Assembly: GCA_963715985.1 (NCBI GenBank)
Contig: CAVQSP010000017.1
Location: 128,001-192,000, forward strand
DNA length: 64,000 nt
Source: an uncultured Thermoleophilia bacterium
Lineage (GTDB): Bacteria > Actinomycetota > Thermoleophilia > UBA2241
Reading direction: 5' to 3'
The notes under the pieces are model-generated. The model was given only the letters and a program-made list of their open reading frames with translations. It ran no database searches and had not been told where the DNA came from. Shown in pieces: positions 39,049 through 49,684 of the stretch; positions within the stretch are counted from its first letter, which is position 1, and each line of letters starts with the position of its first letter. The translations under genes were made by a program, and so were the position numbers.

Positions 39049-39223
39049 GTGCGATCCAACGTGCTCGTCATCTTCATGCTCTTCGGCGGCGTCTTCTTCA
39101 CGGTCGTCTCGGTGGCGGCGTGGAGGACCGGCAGGCGCACGGGGGCGATGTTCCTCGGCGGTGCTGGCCGGCCTCGACTTCGCCCTCGCCATCCAGTTCC
39201 TGCTGCGCTACTTCAAGACCTGA
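39049..39223 (+). CDS. Small two-TM membrane protein (frameshift near 39158)
   Basis: GAGGAG RBS; 'MRSNVLVIFMLFGGVFFTVVSV..AVLAGLDFALAIQFLLRYFKT'. Confidence 0.5.
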
Positions 39224-39308
39224 GGGCCGCTGCGGAGGGGAGAGCGGGCCGAGGCGGACAGGGCGCAGGGCCGGCGCGGACCTGAGGTCCCCGCCGGCCC
39301 CGAGTGGG

Positions 39309-39774
39309 TCACGCGGCGGTGCGGATGGGCTCGGCGGCCGCGGACGTCTCGTCCGTGTCGGCCGTCTTGTGGCGCACCCTCTCGGCGATTGACGTCACGT
39401 TGCGGCGCGCGTCGCCTACCGTCTGGGTGATGCGCCGGCGCGAGGCCGGATACAGCAGGGCGGCCGCGACCGCGGCCACCGCCGCGACGCCGGCGAGGAG
39501 CCCGGAGACGATGAGGCCCCAGCGCGCGAGCCTGCGCATGCGCCGCCGCGTCCGGGCCCGCCGGGCCTCTGCCCGCGTGGCGCGGCTGAACAGCGCGGTC
39601 GCGCAGGCGCTCGTCGGAGGCCATCTCGTCGGCGATCCTGGCCAGGGCGTGACGGGCGCCGCGGAGACTCTCCCGCAGCTCATGGTCGGTCGCCGCCTCG
39701 CGCAGGTACGGCATCGCCGCGGTCGCGGTGCCGGCGTAGCGGAGGGCTTCCTTACCTCTCGTGAGGACTGCCAT
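39309..39774 (-). CDS. Hypothetical membrane protein, YtxH-like C-terminus (frameshift near 39600)
   Basis: AAGGAGGTG RBS; TM 'WGLIVSGLLAGVAAVAAVAAALLYP'. Confidence 0.6.
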
Positions 39775-39889
39775 TGTGCTCACCTCCTTCACTTGGCAGG
39801 TGCCCGCCCGGCGCGAGCGCCAATCGTTGACCGGGGCGGCTCGACGGCCCCACGATGTCGTGCTGGCGGCGCAGCTGAGCGCTCGCGGG

Positions 39890-41017
39890 TCACACGGTGT
39901 CGATGGTCACCTGGCTGGCACCGCCCGAGAGGCGGACCTCGTAGCGGTCCGCGGCCGCGCCGAAGCCCGGCGTGGACAGGACGTTGTTGCCGCCCAGCGC
40001 GCCCAGACGCTGGTCGTCGAAGACGATCTGGCTGGCGCCGCCCGCCGACCACGGCGCGCAGCGCGGCCGTCGCGGGGCGGTGCAGGGCGACTCTGCTTGC
40101 CCCGCCGGAGATGCGCACCTGCACGACGCCGGAGGGCTCGCGGCAGCCACACCTCGACGTCGCTGGCGCCGCCGCCCACGTCGAGCGCTCCGATCCGCAG
40201 CGGCCGCAGATCGGCCGTGAGCTTCCACATGCCGCCGCGCAGCGACACCTCCCAGGGGATGGTCGGCGTTCAGCGACACCTCGCTGGACTGGCCGCGCCA
40301 GTCGAAGGGCCGGAAGCGGCGGCGCTGCTGGAAGGTGACCGTGCCGCCGTGCACGGTGACGTCGGGGGCGGGGCCTTCGAAGCGGGCCCGGTACAGCTCG
40401 CCGGGGGCGGCGTCGCCGCGGATGTCCAGTCGCGCTGCGCCCTTGGTGAAGCGCAGTTGACCGGCGGTCACCGTCCCCAGGGGGGCCCAGACCTCCGGCT
40501 CGTTCAGCGCCGCCGCCGCCGGTGACGCTCCTGCCGCGCCGCCGCCGGCCTCCGCGGCGATGTGAGCCGCCTGGTCCTCGTACACCTCGCGCAGCCGGCG
40601 CAGGTAGTCGCGGATGACTCCGAGCTCGGCCAGGCTGTGGCCCTCGAGCTCGGTGCTGCCCGCGATCTCGACCTCGCCGTACACGCGGGCGCCCACCTCG
40701 CGAGTGGCGGCGGTGGAGACCACCAGCACGCGGCGGCGGTCGCCCGGGTCGGCGACCCGGTTGGCGTAGCCGCCGCGCTCCATGCGGTCCAGCACGGTGG
40801 TGATGGCGCCGGGCGTGAGGCCGCTCTCCTCGGCCAGCTCGCCGGCCGTCACGCGCCCGCGGCGGTAGATGATGCCGAGGCAGCGCAGGTCCGTGCGGTT
40901 CAGGCCGAACTGCGCGGACACCGCCTCGTCCAGCCGGTCGGCGGACTGCCGCAGCTCGCCGAACTCCTCGCTCACTTCATCGATGAGCGCCGCCTTGGCG
41001 GGATCGTCGCTGACCAT
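39890..41017 (-). CDS. MarR regulator fused to a beta-solenoid (toast-rack/DUF4097-like) domain; internal compensating frameshifts
   Basis: 'GLNRTDLRCL..TAGELAEESGLTPGAITTVLDRME..DRRRV'; C-terminal repeats 'GGA(S/M)xVxI'. Confidence 0.75.
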   Translation of the reverse strand: MVSDDPAKAALIDEVSEEFGELRQSADRLDEAVSAQFGLNRTDLRCLGIIYRRGRVTAGELAEESGLTPGAITTVLDRMERGGYANRVADPGDRRRVLVVSTAATREVGARVYGEVEIAGSTELEGHSLAELGVIRDYLRRLREVYEDQAAHIAAEAGGGAAGASPAAAALNEPEVWAPLGTVTAGQLRFTKGAARLDIRGDAAPGELYRARFEGPAPDVTVHGGTVTFQQRRRFRPFDWRGQSSEVSLNADHPLGGVAARRHVEAHGRSAAAADRSARRGRRRQRRRGVAAASPPASCRCASPAGQAESPCTAPRRPRCAPWSAGGASQIVFDDQRLGALGGNNVLSTPGFGAAADRYEVRLSGGASQVTIDTV

Positions 41018-41050
41018 CGCTCCTCCCTCACGTGGGGACGGACTCTCAGA

Positions 41051-41117
41051 ATCGTTCGTTGTCCATATACTACCACAGACAAATCATTTGACAATCGAAC
41101 AATAAGCGTCGTAGAGT
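41051..41117. promoter_or_regulatory. Divergent promoter region: TTGACA-N18-TAGAGT with an imperfect inverted repeat (probable MarR operator)
   Basis: TTGACA at 41088-41093, TAGAGT at 41112-41117; atcgttcgttgtc ... gacaatcgaacaat inverted pair. Confidence 0.6.
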
Positions 41118-41224
41118 GTGTGGGGGTCTGGGCGCCGTGCTCCGCCCGGCCGGACCCGGGGTGCGCGAGCGGCCCCGCGGGGAACGCTTGAACCACTGCT
41201 GCACGTATGCAGGAAGGAAGAGAG

Positions 41225-42196
41225 ATGGACATCTCGATCGAAGCGAACGGTCTGGTGAAGACCTACCGCGGCGACGTGCGCGCCCTCGACGGGGTGAGCC
41301 TCGTCGCCGAGACCGGCACCGTGTTCGGCCTCCTGGGCCCCAACGGTGCCGGCAAATCCACAGCTGTGAAGATCCTGACCACGCTGTCGCTCCCGGATTC
41401 GGGCGAGGCGCACGTGGCCGGGTACGACGTCGTGCGCCAGGCGGCCAAGGTGCGGCTCGCCATCGGCTGCGTGGCGCAGAAGTCCGGGCTCGACCTGGCG
41501 GCCACCGGCCGCGAGAACCTGATCCTCCAGGGTCGTGTGTACGGGATGCGCGGCCGCGAGCTCAAGAGCCGCGCTCAGGAGCTGCTCGACCGTTTCGGTC
41601 TTGCCGAGTCGGCCGACCGCACGGTGCGCACGTACTCCGGCGGCATGCAGCGCAAGCTGGACGTCGCCGTCGGCCTGATGCACCGCCCGCAGGTGCTCTT
41701 CCTCGACGAGCCGACCACCGGCCTCGACCCGGAGGCGCGCGTGGACATGTGGTCCGAGATCGCGCGCCTGGCCGGCGGTGAGGGTCTCACGATCCTCATG
41801 ACGACCCACTACCTGGAGGAGGCCGACAGCCTCGCCCGGCGACTCGCCATCGTCGACCACGGCAAGGTCGTGGCCGAGGGCACGCCGGACGAGCTCAAGG
41901 GCGAGTTGCGCGGTGACGCCATCGTCGTGGAGCTCGACCAGGCGCCCCAGGACGGCGAGGTCGCGCGCGCCCTCGCGGGCGTGGCCGACCTGCGCGACGT
42001 GAGCGTGGAGGCCCGCACGCTGCGCGCGCGGGCCGACAGCGGCGCCCGCATGGTGCCCAGTGTCCTCGCCGCGCTCGAGAGTGCCGGCGTGGGCGTGGCC
42101 GCCGTCACCGTGGCGCGGCCGTCTCTCGACGATGTGTACCTTCGTCACGCCGGCAAGGCGTTCTGCGAAGACGACGGGGAGGTGAAGAAGCCATGA
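41225..42196 (+). CDS. DrrA-family ABC ATP-binding protein
   Basis: 'GPNGAGKST', 'YSGGMQRKLD', 'FLDEPTTGLDP', 'TTHYLEEAD', 'RPSLDDVYL'. Confidence 0.9.
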   Translation: MDISIEANGLVKTYRGDVRALDGVSLVAETGTVFGLLGPNGAGKSTAVKILTTLSLPDSGEAHVAGYDVVRQAAKVRLAIGCVAQKSGLDLAATGRENLILQGRVYGMRGRELKSRAQELLDRFGLAESADRTVRTYSGGMQRKLDVAVGLMHRPQVLFLDEPTTGLDPEARVDMWSEIARLAGGEGLTILMTTHYLEEADSLARRLAIVDHGKVVAEGTPDELKGELRGDAIVVELDQAPQDGEVARALAGVADLRDVSVEARTLRARADSGARMVPSVLAALESAGVGVAAVTVARPSLDDVYLRHAGKAFCEDDGEVKKP

Positions 42197-42972
42197 CCCA
42201 CGTGCTCGCCGATACCTACTTCATGACCCAGCGGCACTTCCGCAACCTGCTGAGGCAGCCGGCCTGGATCTTCATCTCGCTGGTGCAGCCCGTCGTCTGG
42301 CTGCTCCTCTACGGCGCTCTGTTCCGCAAGATCGTCGAGATCCCCGGCTTCGGCGCCGGGAGCTACATCGACTTCCTCACGCCGGGCATCGTCGTGATGA
42401 CCTGTCTCTTCAGCGCGGGTTGGAGCGGCATGGACCTCATCGAGGACATCGACCGCGGCGTGATCGACCGCTTCCTCGTGAGCCCGGCCAGCCGCAGCTC
42501 ACTCATCGCCGGGCAGGCTCGTCCAGGGCGCCCTGGTCGGGGATCATCCAGTCGGTCATCATCGTCGTGCTCGGCCTGATCGTGGGCGCCGAGTATCCCG
42601 GTGGGCGTCGCCGGCATCGCCGCGCTCACCATCTGCGCGGTGCTCCTCGGCACGGGCGTCGGCGCCCTGAGCAACGCCATCGGCGTGCTGTCGCGACGCG
42701 TCGAGACCATGGTGGCGGTCAGCAACTTCGTGCTGCTGCCGCTCACGTTCCTGAGCTCGGTGTTCATGGCCCGGGCGCTCATGCCGGGCTGGATGCAGAG
42801 CGTCGCGACCTACAACCCCGTGGAGTGGGCGGTCAACGCGGGCCGCGAGGGCCTCGCCTCGAGCCCAGACTGGAGCGTCGTGCTGAGCCGGATGGGCTAC
42901 CTGGCGCTCTTCACGGTCGTGTGCACGTGGCTCGCAACGCGCGCCTTCCGCGTGTACCAGCGTTCGATCTGA
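42193..42972 (+). CDS. DrrB-family ABC-2 permease (frameshifts at about 42515-42600)
   Basis: 'LVQPVVWLLLYG', 'YIDFLTPGI', 'MPGWMQSVATYNPV'. Confidence 0.85.
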
Positions 42973-43052
42973 TCGCGAGGGCGGGCGGCAGTCGGGCGGG
43001 CGGGCGGCAGTCGGGCGGGCGACCGCTGGGGAAGCCGCCCCTTCGCGCGTTC

Positions 43053-43439
43053 TCAGCGGAAGTACTCCCGGTACGCCGTGAGGGCGTAGAGGATCAGGAA
43101 GTACAGCACGAACATGATGATGCCCCACCACGGCAGCGCCAGGAAGCCGACGAACCAGATGATGAGGCCGGCGATGCCGAACGCCAGTCCCCAGGCGCGG
43201 GCCGTGCGCGAGCGGCGCAAGACGAAGATGCCGATGATGACCTGGGCCACGGCCAGCACGAACCAGATGTAGGCCCACACCGTGAGGTGCTGGAGCAGCG
43301 TCTGCTCGGCGCGGAAGATCTCGTCGCGGCTCAGCGCGGCGATGCCGGCGATGAGGTTGAAGGCACCGGCGATGATGAAGAAGATGCCTGCGAACTCGAC
43401 CCAGCCCTTGCCCTCGCCGTGTTCGTGTGCGCGCGACAT
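43053..43439 (-). CDS. Four-TM actinobacterial membrane protein (DUF7144-like)
   Basis: AAGGAG RBS; 'GWVEFAGIFF', 'PWWGII..ILYALT'. Confidence 0.75.
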   Translation of the reverse strand: MSRAHEHGEGKGWVEFAGIFFIIAGAFNLIAGIAALSRDEIFRAEQTLLQHLTVWAYIWFVLAVAQVIIGIFVLRRSRTARAWGLAFGIAGLIIWFVGFLALPWWGIIMFVLYFLILYALTAYREYFR

Positions 43440-43516
43440 ACAAGCTCCTTCTGGTCAGGTCCCGGGTCGGGCGGGATCGTACCGCATCGAGTGCGGCCCA
43501 GGACTGCGCTCAGGCT

Positions 43517-45314
43517 TCACTCCACCCCACGCCGGTGGGCGCCGGGCAGCCACCAGGCCGGCTCGTTGACCTCCGTCTCGGGCACGTCGCCGAGGTCGTC
43601 GCTGGGCGGCCCCGAGACACCGGTCTCTTCCTTGTACGCCTTGATGACGTCGTCCGTGTCTCCGAAGATGTGCTCCGGCCCGATCAGCCTGACGAGACCG
43701 TCGCGTTCCAGCTCGAGGCGCACCGGTGCCTGCACATCACAGGCCACGAACGTGATGCCGCGTTCCTGCATCGCCTTGATGACGCGCTCCAGGACCTCGA
43801 GTGGCGGTGAAGTCGATGTCGTTGACCGCCTCCATGGCGAGGCAGAACCAGCGGATGGGGTCGGGGGCGCCGCGCGCCAGGTCCTGGACCTCCTCCACGA
43901 AGCGGGCCGCATTTGCGTAGTACAGGCTGGCGCCGAAGCGGTAGATGACGAGGCCCGTGCGCGCCTGCGCAGCGCTGTCCAGGGGCAGGCTCTTCCACAC
44001 CTTGCCCTCGAAGCGCACGAGCAGGCGGTCCCACGGCCGGTAGCTGTGACGCAGATGAGCGATGATCGACAGGGCGATGGCGAGCAGGATGCCCTGCTGC
44101 ACGCCCGCCAGCACGACCGTCAACATGGTGCCGACCGCCACCCAGAACTCCACAGGCCGCTGTCGCCAGACCAGGCGCATCCCCTTGATGTCGATGAGCT
44201 TGACGCCGATCAGGAAGACCACGGCGGCGAGCACGGCCTCAGGCATGAAGCTCAGTGCCTTCGTGGCGAACAGCAACACGATGAGGGCGATGGCGGCGGT
44301 GGTCAGCTGCGAGAGCTGGCTGCGGCCCCCGGCGTCGTCCACCATGGCCGTCTTGGTCGGGCTGCCGTTGACCACGTAGGTACCGGTGAGGCCGGCGCCG
44401 AGGTTGGCGATGCCCAGGCCCACCAGGTCCACGTTCTCGTCGAAGGAGTCGCCGAACTTGGCGGCGTATGCGCGCGACGTGGCGGCGCTCTGCGCGAGGA
44501 TGACGATGAAGACGGAGACGGCAGCTCCGAGGAGCTTGGGGAGGTCGGCGGCGGGGACGCTCGGCCACGCCACGCCCGGCAGGCCGCTGGGGATCGGCCC
44601 CAGGGTGAGCACGCCGTGTGCGGAGAGCGAGAACACGGCGCTGACGACCGTCGCCCCGACCACGGCGATGAGCGCCCACGGCGCCTTGCGGACCAGGCGG
44701 TCGCCGAGCAGCACGACCAGCAGCACGACGACGGAGATGAGCACCGCCGCGGGGCTGGTGTGGCCGAGGTCCCTGGCCCAGCTGTAGACGCGCTCGGCAG
44801 TGTCGTTGCCGGTCCTCTGGTAGCCGAACATCCCGGCCAGCTGGCCGACGGCCACCTGGATGCCGACGCCGGTGAGGAAGCCGATGAGCACGGTGCGCGA
44901 GAGGAAGTTGGCGAGAAAGCCGAGGCGCAGGACGCGCGCCAGAAGCAGCATCGCCGCGGCCATGAGGGCGAGCATGCCGGCGAGCGCCACGTACTCGGGA
45001 GAAGCGGTGGCGGCCAGGGGCGTGAGCGCGGCGAACGTGATGGCCGCCGTCGCCGAGTCGGCGCCCACGACGAGGTGGCGCGACGAGCCCAGGACGGCGA
45101 AGGCCACGGCGGGGATGAGGAGCGTGTAGATGCCGGTGATCACCGGCATACCGGCGATCCTCGAGTAGCCGAGGACCTCGGGGATCGCCAGGGCGGCGAG
45201 CGTGGCGCCGGCGATCATGTCGGGCGCCACGCGGCCCTTGCCGATGGGCAGCAGGCCCTCGAAAAGGGGGATCGGGAAGTGGGGCCGCCCCTTCTCGACG
45301 GGAGTCGCGGCCAT
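43517..45314 (-). CDS. SulP-family anion transporter with STAS domain (frameshift near 43803)
   Basis: 'DMIAGATLAALAIPEVLGY', 'GSSRHLVVGADS', 'VNGSPTKT', 'YRFGASLYYANA'. Confidence 0.88.
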
Positions 45315-45318
45315 CAGC

Positions 45319-45990
45319 TCACAGCCCTCCGATGCCCTTTCCCAGAAGGACCACTCCAAAGACCATGAAGAGCACCATCATCACCGTCGCGTTGTTGTCG
45401 GCCAGCCACGTCTTCCACCCCGTGAGCACGCGATCGGCGGTGTCGTGCATGGTGAGGTAGACGACGACCGGCGCGGCGACCCCGATGCTGCCCACGAGCA
45501 CGAGCACCATGAGCACGACGGCCTGCTGAGCGCCGGCGAGCGCGGACTGCGCGATGCCCGCCGCCGCCGACACGTTGAGGACGAGGTTCTTGGGGTTCAC
45601 CCCCGAGAGGAGGGCGCCCACGGCCAGCGCCCGTTGTGGCGTGAACTTGTCCAGGGAGCGCATCCAGCCCGGCACGGCGGGGTGCTCGCCCACCTGCGGC
45701 CGCTTCTTCCACTGGCGCCACGCGGCTCCGAGCAGCACGATGCCGAGCACCAGCTTGATGACGCTGACCGTCGTCGATGCCCCGTCCGAGGTCGAGACGC
45801 CGGCCACGTTGGCGACGATGAGGACGATCGTGCCCACGACGGCGAGACCCAGGATCCAGCCGCCGAGAAAGGCCAAGCCGTTGCGGCGTGCGTCGGGCGT
45901 GAGCAGCATGAGGATGATGGCGATGATCGGGATGGGGCTGATCGCGATGCCGATCGCGAACGGCAGCACCTCGCCGATAGCCTGTCCCAC
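45319..45990 (-). CDS. GAP (Sap/Gap) family membrane protein
   Basis: 'GIAISPIPIIAIILML', 'NPKNL', 'WLADNN'. Confidence 0.85.
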   Translation of the reverse strand: MGQAIGEVLPFAIGIAISPIPIIAIILMLLTPDARRNGLAFLGGWILGLAVVGTIVLIVANVAGVSTSDGASTTVSVIKLVLGIVLLGAAWRQWKKRPQVGEHPAVPGWMRSLDKFTPQRALAVGALLSGVNPKNLVLNVSAAAGIAQSALAGAQQAVVLMVLVLVGSIGVAAPVVVYLTMHDTADRVLTGWKTWLADNNATVMMVLFMVFGVVLLGKGIGGL

Positions 45991-46225
45991 GTCTCCTCCC
46001 CCGAGGTCGCCGACGTCGGTAAGTGTACTCTCGGCCGCCTCGCGTCTGGTAGAGTGACCGCGCGGTCACCCCGGCGGCCCGCCGGTCGTCACCCTCCCCA
46101 CGGTCTCAGACGACAGGTCCCGTGATTCGTCGTCCCGCCTGGTGGGCATCACGCTCAAAGGAAGACGCGGGGCAGCCGCACCGGGACCCGCGCGGTCCGG
46201 AACGCAAACAAGAGAGGGAGTGCAG

Positions 46226-46738
46226 ATGAGTGAACTGATGATCCTCGGCTTCGAGAACGAGACGGAGGCGGACCGCTTCGGCCTCAAGCTCGCGGAGCTG
46301 CAGAAAGAGATGATCGTGCAGCTGCAGGACGCTGCCGAAGTGGTCCGCGACCCCGACGGCAAGCCGCACGTCAAGCACGACACCCACCTCGTGGGCGCGG
46401 GCGCCCTGGGCGGCGCCTTCTGGGGCATGCTGTTCGGCCTGCTCTTCTTCATGCCGTTCCTGGGTCTGGCCATCGGCGCCGGCATGGGCGCCCTCTTCGG
46501 CAAGCTCGGCAAGACCGGCATCGACCAGCAGGTGCTCCAGCAGATGGGCGATGCGGTGCCGCCGGGCAAGGCCGGCTGGTACCTGCTCATCGGCCAGATG
46601 ACCGAGGACAAGTTCCTCGAGGAGGTCAAGGGGACCGGCGCGACGCTCGTGCGTTCCAACCTCACGGCCGAGCAGGAGGAGCAGCTCAAGCACGCCTTCG
46701 GCGCCAAGAAGCACCAGAAGGAAGCTCCGGCTGCCTGA
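46226..46738 (+). CDS. DUF1269-domain membrane protein
   Basis: 'LQDAAEVVRDPDGK', glycine zipper 'GALGGAFWGMLFG', 'RSNLTAEQEEQL'. Confidence 0.85.
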   Translation: MSELMILGFENETEADRFGLKLAELQKEMIVQLQDAAEVVRDPDGKPHVKHDTHLVGAGALGGAFWGMLFGLLFFMPFLGLAIGAGMGALFGKLGKTGIDQQVLQQMGDAVPPGKAGWYLLIGQMTEDKFLEEVKGTGATLVRSNLTAEQEEQLKHAFGAKKHQKEAPAA

Positions 46739-46775
46739 GTACACCTGAGGGAAGCTCAAGCTTCCTGACCAGCGT

Positions 46776-46809
46776 CGCGACGGGGCGGCCCTTGGGCCGC
46801 CCCGTCGCG
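46776..46809. terminator. Perfect 15-bp stem-loop between convergent genes
   Basis: cgcgacggggcggcc-cttg-ggccgccccgtcgcg. Confidence 0.65.
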
Positions 46810-46828
46810 TTCTCCGTTCACGACCGGC

Positions 46829-48247
46829 TCAGCTGCCCTCGCACCCGGTGCCGCGCTCACGCTTGAACGTGGCGTGCGCCTCGCAGTTCATGCGCACGTT
46901 GTTACGGTAGGCGAGATTGCTGACCAGGCTTCTGAGGGGCTGGCGGCGGTGCCAGAAGTCGCCCCCGACCCGCTGCGCGATCCGGGGCCACGAGTAGAAG
47001 CTCCGGGCACAGGTGTCCATCTCGTCGATGATCTCGGCCGTCGACAGGCGCGCGTAGCGGGCGACCGGGAACCCCAGGGTGTAATGACTCCAGTCCTCTG
47101 GGAAGCGATCCAGGAGGATGCGGTCCGCCGCCTCCATCTGGTCCCACAGGCGGGTACCGGGGAGGGGGGTGAGGAAGAGCGCGTTGAGGTTGTCCACTCC
47201 GTACCCGCGGGCGGCCTCGGCGACACGCGTGCCGATGCCCGGGCCGTCGATGTCCAGACCAAGGACGAACGAGCCGACCACGAGGATCTTGTGCCGCTGG
47301 ATGCGCCGCACGGAGGCGCGGAAGTCGCGGTCGCCGCGAAGGTTGAACTTCTTGCCGACCTCCCCGAGCCCTTCCGGCGCGGAGGACTCGAAGCCGATGA
47401 AGACACCCCGGCAGCCGGCCCGCCAGGCCAGCGTCATGAGCTCCTCGTCGTCGGCGAAGTTGATGGTGACCTGGGCGATCCATTGCTTGCGCAGATCCGC
47501 CGCCGCCATGGCGCGGAACAGGTCTTTGGCGCGCGCCACGTGCTCGGGCCGCGTGCCGATCAGATTGTCGTCCACCACGAGAAGGCGCTTCTCGCGGATC
47601 AGGCCGAGCTCCCTTACCACGTCCGCGATCGGTCGCTGCCGGTACTGCGCACCGTTGACCGCCGTCACGCTGCAGAAGCTGCAGCTGAGAGGGCAGCCAC
47701 GAGTAGTCTGGATGGCGCCGAGGAGGTAGCCGTTCGGCAGGAGATCGTGACGTGCAAGTGGGACGCGGTCCAGGTCGCAGCGCCCCCCGTCATAGCGATG
47801 CTCCAGCGCGCCCCGTCGCGCGTCGTCGAGCACCCGCGGCCAGATGCCCTCGGCCTCCCCCGTCACGACCGCGTCCACGCGCTCCATGACCTCCTCCGGG
47901 CGCGTGGAGGCGTGGATGCCGCCCATCACGACGGGGACACCGAGGCGGCGGAAGTGGGCGGCCACCTCGTAGGCACGGTTGGCCTGTGAGGCGAACGCGG
48001 TGATGCCCACAAGGTCCGGCCGCGAGAGGGCCGCGTAGTCGGGTCTGCCGAGGTTCTCGTCCACGATCGAGACGGCCCACTCCGGCGAGGTCGCGCCCGC
48101 GATCGTCATCAGCCCCAGGGGCTTCCACACCCGGTACCGGTTCCAGCGGTTGTCCTTGATGCGGACGGTGCTGACCAGCGGGTTGCAGGGATTGATCAGA
48201 CACAGTCGCAGGGCGGCCCCCCTGCGCTCGTCGCTGGAATCGTGCAC
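46829..48247 (-). CDS. B12-binding radical SAM protein
   Basis: 'DLVGIT', 'VVMGGIHAS', 'VTGEAE', 'TTRGCPLSCSFC', 'DDNL', 'LTPLPGT'. Confidence 0.88.
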   Translation of the reverse strand: MHDSSDERRGAALRLCLINPCNPLVSTVRIKDNRWNRYRVWKPLGLMTIAGATSPEWAVSIVDENLGRPDYAALSRPDLVGITAFASQANRAYEVAAHFRRLGVPVVMGGIHASTRPEEVMERVDAVVTGEAEGIWPRVLDDARRGALEHRYDGGRCDLDRVPLARHDLLPNGYLLGAIQTTRGCPLSCSFCSVTAVNGAQYRQRPIADVVRELGLIREKRLLVVDDNLIGTRPEHVARAKDLFRAMAAADLRKQWIAQVTINFADDEELMTLAWRAGCRGVFIGFESSAPEGLGEVGKKFNLRGDRDFRASVRRIQRHKILVVGSFVLGLDIDGPGIGTRVAEAARGYGVDNLNALFLTPLPGTRLWDQMEAADRILLDRFPEDWSHYTLGFPVARYARLSTAEIIDEMDTCARSFYSWPRIAQRVGGDFWHRRQPLRSLVSNLAYRNNVRMNCEAHATFKRERGTGCEGS

Positions 48248-48369
48248 GCTGCCCTCTCTGACACGGTGTGAGCGCTGCCTTCTCGGCGGCGAGACCTTCC
48301 CGCCCGGGCGCACACGTGGAATCGTACCAGAGCTCGACGGGGCGAGCAGCGCTTCGCGCGCGAGCCGGG

Positions 48370-49614
48370 TCACGCGCCGAGTGCGCCCTCGCCGCCTCCC
48401 GGCGGGCCGGCTCCGGCGGCGTGCGGATGTGCGCTCGCGGCGAGGCCGGTCCTTTGTGCGCCGCCCTCTGCGGCGCCGCGCGAGAACAGCCCGGCCGCCT
48501 TCATCTTGAGGCGCGCGTCAAGGAAGATCTTGAGGAACGGCGCCGCGAACACGCCGCCCACGGCCCCGAACAGCATGCTGCCCGCCGTGGTCGCGAAGAG
48601 GACGGCGAGGGGGTGCAGCTTGAGCGCCGACCCGAGGGCGAACTGCGAGACCACGGTCTGCAGGTAGCCGTTCGAGATGATGACGATGATCAGCATCGGG
48701 ACGGCCATGGAGGGCCCGCCCGCGCCCCACGCGATGAGGACGGCGAACGCCCCGCTGATGATCGCCCCGAAGAACGGGATGTAGTTGGTGAACCAGCCGA
48801 CGATGCCGATGGTCGCGGCCAGCGGCACGCCGATGATGAGCGCCCCGACGAACATGACGCCGCCGTTGAACAGACCGACGAGCGTGCTCCCGTAGATGTA
48901 GCCGCGGAAGAAGCGCGCGCTGCTCGCGAGGATGTCGTAGGCCACCGGTGGCGGGACGGGACCCATCCTCTTGGACGCCCACCTGCCCAGCTGCCGCCCC
49001 TGGATGAGGACCCACACGAGGATGTTGAGGCTGATGAAGACGCCGAAGATGAGGCCCGCGACGTTGCCGACTACGTTCGTGAGCGTGCCGGCCAGACCGC
49101 CGGCTGCGCTCTTGGCCAGCGACTGGACGCTGGATTTGACCGCGTCGATCTGCGACTGCGACATGCTCGTGCTCTTGAGCCAGGACTGGATGTCGGCCCA
49201 GGCTGCGTCGAGCTTGGTCTCGATGGTCGGCACCTGCTTGACGACGCTGTAGACGATGATGAGGCCGAGGCCTATCGCGAGCAGCACGAGGAAGATGGCG
49301 ACGAGCATCGCCGCCAGGCCGCGCTTCACGTGGTGCCTGGAGAGCCAATCCACGACCGGCAGGAACGTGCCGCCGAACAGCACCGCGAACAACGCCGCGA
49401 GGACCAGCACCTTGGTCGCGGCGACTACGAAGAAGAGCAGGACGATGACGACGGCGCAGAGCACGATGACACCGCTCCAGCGGCCGATGTCGCTCGCCCA
49501 GAGTGGGACGGCGAAGGCGCGGGCCCCGTCGCCATCGCTCGGTGAGCGCGGTGCGGGTGCGGTCACGGCCGGCCCGGCCGCGGGCTCTTCAGTGGTCAAG
49601 CGCTCCCCCTTCAT
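48370..49614 (-). CDS. AI-2E family transporter
   Basis: 'YIPFFGA', 'ALKLHPLAVL', 'GGVFAAP'. Confidence 0.88.
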   Translation of the reverse strand: MKGERLTTEEPAAGPAVTAPAPRSPSDGDGARAFAVPLWASDIGRWSGVIVLCAVVIVLLFFVVAATKVLVLAALFAVLFGGTFLPVVDWLSRHHVKRGLAAMLVAIFLVLLAIGLGLIIVYSVVKQVPTIETKLDAAWADIQSWLKSTSMSQSQIDAVKSSVQSLAKSAAGGLAGTLTNVVGNVAGLIFGVFISLNILVWVLIQGRQLGRWASKRMGPVPPPVAYDILASSARFFRGYIYGSTLVGLFNGGVMFVGALIIGVPLAATIGIVGWFTNYIPFFGAIISGAFAVLIAWGAGGPSMAVPMLIIVIISNGYLQTVVSQFALGSALKLHPLAVLFATTAGSMLFGAVGGVFAAPFLKIFLDARLKMKAAGLFSRGAAEGGAQRTGLAASAHPHAAGAGPPGGGEGALGA

Positions 49615-49684
49615 CGGCTGCGCCCCTTCGAGCAGTGCGGGTCATGGTAGTCCTCCGGGGGCCGAGAAGCGACGGGCGGCGTGC

